Below, piece after piece: positions 51,601 to 63,600 of a stretch of DNA of 64,000 nt. The DNA is from a virus: the IMG/VR virus record IMGVR_UViG_3300020370_000003, positions 1 to 64,000 of that record; one strand, given 5' to 3'. Under the pieces are notes generated by a model. The model was given only the letters and a program-made list of their open reading frames with translations. It made no database searches and had not been told where the DNA came from. The position numbers were made by a program, and so were the translations under genes. Positions within the stretch are counted from its first letter, which is position 1; the number at the start of each line of letters is the position of its first letter.

Positions 51601-54600
51601 ATCTGACAGTATTAGAGATTCTTACCTCATCAATATGACCGATAAATCCAGTTCCAAATGCATAACCAACACCAATAAACAGTGGTTTAGCAGTATAAGT
51701 TGTGTTATCAGTTCCAGTACCAACCTCAACACCATCAATATACATCTTACCAGATGTACCTGTTCTAGTGTAAGCAACATGAGCCCATGTATCAGCAGTT
51801 AGAGATGTTCCAACAGAAGTTACAAGATCTGCATTATTAACATTCCAACGAACTTGACCACTTTCGAGATATACTCTCAATGCAACTTCATTAGCACTTG
51901 AAACTCTTGTATCAAAAACATCGATAGTTCCACTTAATGAAGAAGAATCAGGACGTATATAGAATTCAAAAGTAAAGTCACCACTACTAAATGCAATTTC
52001 ATTAGTTGTTTGACACCAGATATAATCTGTTGTTCCAGCAGTTAATTGTAATGAAGCAGCACCATACTTTTTCTGTGCGGTATCAATCTGAGCACTACCA
52101 GCAAAAGTAAAATCAAAATAGTCTTCACCATTAGACTTAGTTCTACCAATCTTACCAAGATATACTGTATTACGTGCTTGGTTATATCCAATAACTTCAG
52201 CCTTAGTATCTCTAGATCTTATAACTTGACCAGAACTAAAGAATCCAGTTCCTTCTCTATCATAGAAGGACATCTTTCTAACTTTACCAGTTTCACCAGT
52301 TACAAATTCATTAGTATTATTACCATATTCAATCTTATAATTACGAATATTTTCATTAAGTTGTAACGTTCCTGTTAAATTATTAAATGGAACAATATAA
52401 TTATTAATCTGTTCATTAGCTGGGAAGTTACCATTATAAGGAGTTAGATTATCGGTAGCATCAACAATACTTACTGCAGATGATGCAATATCATCTAAAA
52501 CAACATTTGGATAAGTCTGAGATGTAATTCTGTTGAATAATAATCCAAAGAATGAAGAACCAGGAGAGATATCAACCTGACCAATAAATTCTTGAGTTAT
52601 AGGATCTTGATAAGCAGATGTTGAAGTAATTCGTGCTATAACACCAGACTGTGCTCCATAGATAACATCATTCAACTGAATATCAAATAATCCAGGTGTT
52701 GATGTATATGTACCTGCAGTCTTACTTAAAGTTAGTTGATCAGTAACCTCAATTTTAGTACTATAAAGTGGAGTATTATCTTGCTGATTCGCTGCAGTTG
52801 TACCAAGAACATTTCTTACAACTGTAAGTGATGTGGATTCTGCATTATCTACAGTGCCTACAAGAGTAAAGATTTCAGATCCTACTTGATAATTAACATT
52901 AGCAACAAATGTTCCTACAGGTACTGGTTGGTCAGTAGATGCAGTTGGGTCAATAACTTCAAATACAGTTGTAGAAGGACCAATAGAATACCTTAATTTA
53001 GCAATAGGCATCTCTTGTCCAGTTTCTAAGTTAACTGCTTCAACCTTTGCAGTATTACCTTCTAGGTTTGTAATATTTTCACCAAAAGTAAATAGTCCGA
53101 TACTTCCAACTGGAGTTATAGATGCTAAGTTTCCAGCAAATCCTGTTGCTACAACGTTACATAATTCACCAAGTATAAAACTACCATCAGTTATATAACC
53201 AGTAACTACATTACCAACTACTTTCAATACAGTAAATCTAGCATCAGTAGAACTACCCTTAATCTCATTACCAAGACCAGGATAAATTCCACTAGGATTA
53301 TTGAATGTCATTTCATATCCTTGAATAGCATCAATGGTAACAGAAGCATATTTAACACTTGCTGGTGGTCTTGGTGGTTCATTGAATACTATAGAATCCT
53401 GTTGGATTGTAAATGCTGTCTCTGGGTTTTGTACAACACCATTCAAGACAACCATTAACTGATTTGCGTTAGCAACAACAGTACCACCATTAACTGTTAA
53501 TGGGAATGAAGTCTTAATACCATCAAACTGGTCTGATATATCATCAACTCTCTGTACAACAGAAGTTAGAATGTTCTCAGAAGATGTCAATCTCTTCTGT
53601 CTGAATAGTACTTCTGTATTATTAAACTCAGTATAAATTGGATCTACAAGAGCAAAGTTTTGAATATTTGGAACAATTGCTTCTTGAGCAAGTTCTACAG
53701 ACTTAGTAAGTTCAAAGAAAGTATCTTTATTAGGAATCTCTCCATACTCATTCAAGTTCAACTCACCAAACACCTTAAACGATGCAGGGTGAACGTTTCT
53801 GATTAGAATTTCTTTCCACTCACTGATAGAAACAGCAGACTTAACAGCATAAGAGAAGTCCTGATAGTAGTAAGAGTCTTGAATCTTTTGAATAATTTCA
53901 GATGGTTTACCAACATCATCAATAAACTGACCAGTAGTCTTAGTTATAGAACCAATATCTAGAACACCACGAGCAAACTTAAGGTCACTAATAGTACCAG
54001 AAGACTTAGAAATAACACCAGTTATTTGTTCACCTTCTGAAAATACACCATCATAATTAACAATCTTAAGAATTCTAGGTCCAATCTGCCAACCAGAGTT
54101 GGTTGAAACATATCCTTGTGCTGTTGATGTCTCTAATGAATCACCCTGATAAACAAGTTCACCTTCAAGGAAGGTAGAAGTAATAACATTAGCAGTAGCA
54201 GCACCACCAAATGATTCAGTTAAGATACTCTGACGACCATCACCAGCGTTAACAAATGATAATGCATCACCCAATTCTGCGTTTTGAGGAGTAATAGCGA
54301 TCTTTAATTGATCATCTTCTAGAGAGTTTGCACTACCAGAAATTGCATAATAAGTAGTATTTGGATTAAGACGACCTGTTGCACCAGCAGCTAGAGGATA
54401 ATCAGCACCATCTCCAGTATCTGTTACAGCAACACTAATTTCAGCACCATTAGTAATACCATGTGGATAAGCAAACTGTAATAAACCTAAGTCAAGGTTA
54501 ACAACATAGTTAAATGAAGACCTAAGACTTACAGAAGGAGTGGAAGAATATCCAGCACCTGGGTCTTTAACTTCAACAATATCCAATCTACCATTCTTAA

Positions 54601-57600
54601 TAGTTGCTTCAGCAGTTGCTCCAGATCCACCACCACCTGTAATAACAACAGTAGGTGCTAATGAATATCCAGAACCTGGATTAGTAACAGTAATACTTTC
54701 AAGAATACTTGTAGAAGTTAACTGAGCATTAAGTGGGAATGTAATCTCAGGACGTAAAGTATAGTCATGAGGATAATCATAACCAAAGTTATTATTCTTA
54801 AGTTTCTTAATCTTACCAACCTTATCACCCTTAGTGAAGATAGATGCTTCAGTACCGAAAGGTGGAATAACAACTGATAAATCTGCACCAGATCCAGTTA
54901 AACCAGCACCAAGAATACCAGAAACACCTTCAACGTCAATTGTAGCAGAAGTGTATCCTTTACCTGGAGATGTGACAAGAACTTCTTGAATCTGACCTGG
55001 AATGGTTATACCTTCATCATCTTGTCCATCTGCAACAGTAATTTGAACAAATCCACCTTCACCATCACCAGCAATAGGTACACCATTATATGTTCCTACA
55101 GCATATTCAGTTCCTGGTTCAATAATTTGAACTCTTTCAATCTTTCTTGTAGATGCGATACCAGTAACAATAGGTAACTTAGTATAGAAACCACCTGGAT
55201 TAATGATACGGATATCTCCAATAGAACCAACTGCTTTTAATGAACTTGTAGTATATGAAGTTCTTGAAATATCACCAATACCTTCTGGCTCATTTAATAA
55301 TGGGAATTTAAATACATCAGCACCACGAGTAATTGTTTGACCAGAAGTACTGCTAATTGTAAATGTACCAGTATAAGGTGAATCTGTTACATCAAGATAA
55401 CTATCAGAAATTACAGGAGAATCAGCACCAGTTCTAGAAGGATCGAAATAGTAGGAAATATTAGTAACTATATCACTATCAACTTTCAACTTAACTGATG
55501 GATTTGGTTCTCCTTGACCAGTTAAACCAGGAGTTCCAATTCTTTCAATAGAGTTGAATGAATATTCCAACTTATAAAGATTATCCTTAGCAAAAGATAA
55601 ATTACCACCAACAAGTGTAGAATGAGCTAAATCAAAGATATACTGATGTCCATAGTACATCTTTAGAGTTGGAGACTTAACAAATATACCAACACTAGCA
55701 GCATTAGTTGCAGGAGCAGTTATAGCAGTTTGTGGTAATTTGTAAGTAAATTCAAGTGGACTTACAACAGTATCAACAGCAAATGCACCATCATACTCAT
55801 CGTAAACAAGACCACCATCTGTTTGTGATGGGTTACCATCAACATAAACAATTTCACCTTCAGACAAGTAATGACTTGTTCCTGTAATTACATAAACTTC
55901 ATCACTATTAGCAACAGCAGTTATTTGAAGTATTCTTTCTAGATTAGAAATCAATGTAATCTTAGTAACACCTATTAAATTTGTTATCTCACATGTATTG
56001 TAATTAGCATTGAAAGATATATCGCTAGATGTAAGTGAAACTACAGATCCAACAATAAACGATGAACTACCACCAATTTCATCAATTCTAACTGAATAGT
56101 CACCTACATTAAATGGTTTAAATCTAGCAAAGTCATCTAAGTTATTAGTACCACCAATATTAGCAGGAGCATCATAAGTGGACATATCAATATCAAATGT
56201 TCCAGGAGTTGTATTGTTTACCTGTGCGAAGGTATATGCCTTCATTTCATTAACATCATTTGGAATAGGACCAACTATTCCATAAGTATCTTGTTCATTA
56301 AATTGCTCACTAACTAAAATACCAGTGTTTAAATCATTAGTCCAAGGATTATTCTGAACAGCAACATAAATTTTTCTGTTAGGTATATCAGATTTAATGA
56401 TATATCCACTATTAATAAAGTTACCATTAGAAAGATTATTAAGTCTTAACTTAGAACCAGTAGTAAATATGAACGGTTGATTTATAGTTAACTCTTGAAT
56501 ATTATCAATTTTAACTGTATTAGTAACCTTAAAGAAATATCTATCCTTAACTACAGCAGATACTTGTAATTTTTGAGAACCTGGAGAAGGAACAGTCGCT
56601 GTTCTAGAACTCCAAATATCATTAGTATAAGTTAATGTCTCTGTACCTGGAGTCATTGTTATAGTAGCATCATCAAAGTCTAAAGTTTGTAGACCTGCAT
56701 CACCTAACGCAAAATCAGCTTCACCTATTGTCATTGAAGATCCAGTAACAGGAGTTACAGAAGTTCTGACAAATCCTAATTGAGTATTAGTTTGTACACC
56801 TTTATCACCCAATCTAGTAGAATCAGCATTCTTATCTACTTTTAAATTCCATCCATTATGGTCAATATAATCATACTTGGTTAAATTATTAGTAAACCAA
56901 GCAGTGTCTGTCCAAGCAAATCCTAATGCAAATGATGCAACAGGAGGTAAACTCGAAATATCAGAAGGTACAGTTACAGTAACTGCTCTATTTCTCAATC
57001 TAATATTATCAATGAAGAATTGACCTTGATAATTTTGACTGAAATCTGTAGCACCAGCACCAAAACCAACCTGGTTACCAAAGTACAAGTCCTTAGTAGC
57101 AAAAGAAGTATTTGATAATGTACCTGTTATTACTTCTATACCATTAACAAATGCTTTAAATACATTACCTTCTTTCCTTACAGCAATGGTTTGCCAACTA
57201 TTGTCAGCATACATTGTTGTTTGTGTGGATGATTGTCCAGAACCATTAATTAACTGAGTTGTTTGATTGGTAATAACCATCTGCAACTCACCAGAGGAAT
57301 TATCATATCCTAACCATAGTCCACCAGTAGCATCTCTAGCACCACCGATACCCATTATAGTTTGGACATTTTGTGATAAAGTCTGAGATTGTGACCCAGA
57401 TTTGTATATAAAGAACTCTAAAGTCCAATCATTTGCTAATGTTGTACCTAAATCAGATCCAGCAACCTTAAGATAAGAATTTTCCCATGTAGAACTAGAC
57501 CCAGCTGGTTGATAACCATAGATCTTTGCCATATTATCATCATAAGTTATAGCATTACTTGCTCCAACTGAAGTTAAAGTATAGTTGCTAGTTAGATCTG

Positions 57601-60600
57601 TTTGCTCATTAGCAGCAAAATCGAATATAAACTCATTCCTATTCCATTGAGTTTGACCAGAAAGGTAAACATCACCAGAATTATCAGTATTAACTGAATG
57701 AACGGTTATACCTTCAATACGGTTTTTATTAAATTCATTAGTTGTATGATTCTTAATAATACCATTATATCCAATCTTAACTGAATCTACAGTTTTAACA
57801 CCAGTTGTAGTATTGTCTCTACTAAATGCAACGTTTAAATCTCCAAATATATCGATAGAACTCCTATCTGCCATAGTGATATCTCTACCAGGAGCAACAT
57901 AACGATAATTCCAAATTATATCACCAGTTCTACTAACTTTACAAACCCAAAAACTATCTTTCTGTGTAGGATCAGACTTAAATCTTAATGAACAAGAAAT
58001 ATAACACTCATTAAATTCGTCAAAGACAAGACTACCATCAACTAATGAATATACAGATGTACTATACTCTTTAATAAAGTCTATATTAATTGCACTTGTA
58101 GTTAAAGTTGCTTTACCAAATGCAAGATTAACATCGGTAGTAGATTGATTTAACCCTACTTCCATTAAGAAGTATAATTCTGTAGCTCCTGAAGTAGTCG
58201 TTATGACCTTCATATCTACAATCTTTTCAGATTTACTAGTAGATACAAGCTTTCTCTTAATAGCAAAATTACCAGTACTATCAATAGATGCTAAGAATGC
58301 ATCATATGGGTTACTGGAATTTGTATTAGTATAACCACCAATAATGAAACGAGTATCACTCCATTTTTGAATTGAAGTTACATAGTCAGCACGAGTAGCA
58401 CCAGAGATACCAGCATATCCTTTTTGGAACTGTAATCCAGCACTCAATCCATTTTCTGTCTGAGTATACTTAGCAAGTATAACATCTGGATTATATGCAT
58501 TAAGTAGATTAGAATTTGGCTTATTATTACCAACCACCCAAACATCAAGACCATCTACATAAAGTTTTTGAAACTCTGTATAGTATTGTCCATCAGTACT
58601 CTCTAGAGTATTCTCCCACTCTTTAACACCTGTAGCAGATAATTTAGCAACAAAACCTACTGAATTTCCAACAGCATCTTTTGTTTTACCACAAATAAAG
58701 ATCTCTTTATTATCACTAACGTAAGTATCATTAATTTTAACATAATTCTGATTTCCAATTTTAGAAAGATAATAATCCGCTTTCTTAAAGACCTGTGGAT
58801 GAGATAATATAACACGAGGATTAGATGTATATCCAGAACCAGAATTTAAAATATTAACTTGATCAATAGCACCAACAGTTGATACAACTGCTTCTAATTT
58901 TCCAGAAGTACCATCACCATCAATTGTAATAGTTGGTGGAATATCTGTATTGTATCCAGAACCTCTTTGGTCAATAACAATCTCTTCTATACCTTTATAT
59001 TGACGAACTACAAACGTTTTGTTTGTATTCTGCATTATAGGAGTATAATCTATATAAACAACATCACCAGCAATTAGATTATGAGGATCTGCTGTCTGTA
59101 AGACACCATAATTAGCACCACTAATATTCTCAAAATCATATGCAGCAACTGCTTCACCCTTGATTTTTGAAATACGAGCAGATACACCAGCTCCATCAGT
59201 ATCGGTATTATCAAATATTAATCTATCATCTACCTGATAATTCTTACCTGTGTTCTCAACAGTAAATCCAGTAACAGAAGCATCTTCAAATTTAGTTGTT
59301 GTTTCAACTTCAATATCAACTTTAGAGTCAAATTTAACTTTAGGGAAGTAATCAAATAACTGTAAAGGTGACTCCTCAAACATTTGATCGGGGTCAGCAG
59401 TCTCTTCTGGACCTATAATTCCATCTCTATTTTCATCCTCTACTTCAAACAACAAGATCTCACCATCTTCAGTTGTTAAAGCAGCAGTAGAAGCATTAGG
59501 AACCCTTTCAACATCAATATCAACATTCTCATAAGGGTCTCTATAACGTACAACTCCAGTTGGTATATTCTGCTGAATTGCATTTGCACTAAGGTTCCAT
59601 TCATCAACAACAGAGTTGAAACTTGGTCCTATAACATATGGGAAAAGTGGACTACCTGCATCAGTAGCATCAATAGTAACGAAATAAGCATAAGCACCAT
59701 TAGGGAAGTCAGGAGTCTTACAAAAACGACCATTATACTGGTCTAAGTCACCTAATCCAAAACTATACTCATAGTCTTCTACAAAATTACCAGCAGGTTC
59801 TTCTGTTAATAATGGACCAGCAGTTCTATTTGGAGTTGGATTAATAGTATCATCATAAATTAATTCATCCTTTAATTTGTAAGAAGTTCTAAGTCTTACG
59901 GTAGCAGAACTTTGGTCAGTAGGATCAACGTATCCATAAGGACCGTAAATTGGATTACCATCAAATGCCCAACCGATAATTGGAGAGTGAGATAACTGCT
60001 CTTCTTGTTCTAGAATATTTCCTGTGCCAATTTCTTCATAAAGGTTATCACCAAGGATATACCTCATCTTTTGAGGGTTTGAAAGGTGAGCATACTCACC
60101 ACCATACTCATTATTGTAACCAGTAAATACAGAACCTTTAGCAGTATCAAACTGTGAAGTTGCTTGAAGGTTATAATTCCATTGGAATACATTTGCAGTA
60201 AAAGTAGCATTTTGACCAACGGAAGTCAAATTAATAATAGTACTACCTTGGATGTAGTTAATACCTTTGTTAACAATCTCAATATTGGTAACCCTACCAG
60301 CATTTTCACCGTCTGTGTCAATAGTTGCTCTTGCAATTGCACCAAATCCAACACCTTGAACAGATACTTCAGGTGCAGTAGTATATCCAGATCCAGCAGA
60401 AATGATAGCAATAGATATAATTCTACCATCATTAACAATTGCTTGTGCAACAGCACCTTTACCAGAACTTAGTGTTACTGTTGGACTTGAAGTGTATTGA
60501 ACACCACCATTAGTAATACCAATAGACTGAATAGGTCCACGAACAGATGCAGTACCAGCAGCACCATTTCCACCACCACCAACAATAGTAATAAGTGGTT

Positions 60601-63600
60601 GTGAAATATACCCAGAACCGCCTGAGTTGATTAGAATACGTGAAACTGACCCTTTAGTGATAATAGCAGTTGCAGCAGCACCAGAACCACCTCCTCCAAC
60701 GATTGACACCAATGGAGATGAAGTATATCCAGAACCGCCATTAGTTACAGTAATTTCACTAAGAGAACCGTTAACTACAACACTTGCAGTTGCACCTTCT
60801 CCTCCACCACCTGTCATAGTAATTGCAGGAGGAGATGCAGCATCATATCCAGATCCAGAATTAGTAATGCTAACATCGGTTACAGCACCAAAGGTTTTTG
60901 CTTCGGTTGACTTATAAGACCAAATTGATACACCATTTACCCAAGTACCAATCGGACCTGAAGAAATAGCATTCTTAGTTGAAATTGTAGTAGGTACTTT
61001 AGGGAACCTATTTAATTTACGTTGATTACCTGGAAGTAGAGCAGAACCAGGGAATGGACCTATCTCATAGTTAGGAATACCTGTAGAAGCAACATAAACG
61101 TAATTATCATTAAAGAATGAGTTTTGTATGTTAGTGGTATAAGGACTAACTGCATTATTAACAGCAGAGTTGACAGATTTACCTTTATTAAGGTCAACAG
61201 ATACTAAAATATTACCCTGTGGTATAACAGTAGCAGGTTGAGGTAGATTATACTGGAATATAAGGTCGCTATCCCTAGAAGTTACTAAAAATGTTCCGTT
61301 ATAGATGATTGGGTTAGCACCATAAATGGTAACCTGATCTCCAACCAATAAACCATGAGGATTGGTACAAGTTATAGTAGCAGACTGATTATTAACACCA
61401 CCATAAGTTACAGTGTCAACATCAATCAATTTTTTGACGTTATACAACCAAGTAGTAAGATCTGGACCAACACCAGTACCACCAAGCTTGGAAACCGTTA
61501 ATTTATCTCCAGGTAAGTAATAAGAACCTGTATCTGTTAATGTAGTTTGTTGAGCATCAACAATACCAACAATATTCATTACAACTTCTTGAGCAGTTCC
61601 CTTATTAAGATAAACTCTAAAGTTTGATGTTACTTCAGTAGCAGAATCCCAATCTTCAACTACATTATTGACTGAACGAGTACATTCAATAAACTGGTTA
61701 AGTGATTTCTCCTTATACTGTACAAGTTCTGAACCAGTTCCAGTACCGATTAAAAATTCACCGTTTCTTTCTGGCCAACCGATAGTAGAGTCAACTGTAA
61801 TAATACCATCGGTAAAATTCAAAGGCTCTGCAAGTTTAGTCTTATATGGAACTGTAAACGTACCATTAATAGTTTCTTCAGAAAGAACCAATTCATATAT
61901 TGTTAGTTCTGAAGTTTTAATAGAAATAAAGTTTTCTACAAGAGCACTTGCTGCTTGAACATTATCATCTGCTATATCTCTATCTTGTATTAATAAAGCA
62001 TCTTTTATATTATTAGAATCACCACTAACCAACGTTGCCCGAAGAATTGTATCAATAGACCAAGTAGCATCAGAAGGCTTAATTATTTGGTCTTTTGGAT
62101 ATGAAATACTTACAGTTTCACCATATAATAACTTAAAGAGATAAGCAATACTATAAGAAGTACCTTTAGAAGCATAAAAGTCCTTAATAGTCTTAATTGC
62201 TGTTCTAACGTCAATTTGAGAGTAATCTAGAGAAGGTACATCAGGTAAGAACTGTTCTGTATACTTATCAAGCAATCTCTTGATGAATAACGCATCCAAA
62301 CATTTAACAGGAGTATCTGTAACTGCTGTAGATGCTACTGTAACATCAGAGAATACTGCATTACCATCTTCAGAATATTCTTTAATACCACTTGCTGCTC
62401 TAGCACATCCTTCAAATTTTGCTTTACTATATCCAGTACCATTTTGATTTACTGTAAATCCAGTAACTTCATTAAGTCCAACTGTAGCAGATGCTTCTGA
62501 TGAAGGTGGTTCTTGAATAAAGATAGTTGGAGGTTCAGTTGCACTATATCCAGAACCAAAATTGGTTATATTAATATCAATAATCTGACCATTGAAAATA
62601 GATGCAACAGCAGTAGCTCCAGTACCACCAGCATAGTTACCAAGTTGATCTACTCTTTCATCAACAATATAAACCGATGGAACATCTTGATATCCACTAC
62701 CACCATTTAAAAGTTCAATATCTGTTACTCTTCCATCACCATCAACTTTTGTTTGGAGAATTTGTGCTCCTGTTGGATCTACAACAGCAACTCTAGGAGT
62801 TCCTACGTACCCTTGACCAGCATTTAATATCTGAACAGAAGTAATTCTTCCGTCTGTTAATACTGCTCTTAATGATGCTCTAATGCCATCTACTTCAGTA
62901 GGTTCATCAATATAAATGTCAGGTACAGTTGTATAACCAATACCACCATTAGTTACAGTTATACCACCACTAATAGAACCGTTAGATATCGTTGGAGGGT
63001 CAATTTTACCGCCTCCAGGTTGCCTAAAGCTAAGTCTAGGTGTGAATGTATATCCACTACCTGAATTAAGTACTTCTAGTCCACTAACAGCACCATTTGT
63101 AACAGTTGCTCTAATACTTGCTGTTGTAGAACCTGGTTTTGTAGGTGATTGAACATCTACTAGAGGTGGGTTTGTATCACTATACCCATATCCTCCATCA
63201 AGAAGAGAAACACTCTTAATACCATTAACTAATGCTGTTGCAGCTGCCCCAGATCCATTTTCAGATTTAATAGAAACTTTTGGTGGATATTCAAACCTAT
63301 AGTTACTACCATTAGTATTTGTAGAAATACCAGTTAAAGTACCAGCATCATCTATACGTGCATATCCAATAGCACCTGCACCAAAAGAAGGAATTGGTGC
63401 TTCAACAGAGTATAATGATAAGAATCTACCATTTAAAGGTGCGTCTTTAAATATAAACTGATTTCCATCAATAAAGAAGTCTACTTTTGGAATAAGAAGT
63501 TCATTATCATAAATCGCTAAAACATACTCATCTATAACAGGTTCGTATAAAGCACCATCTCTTGTTATAGTAAATTGACGATTACCTTCACCAAAACTAT

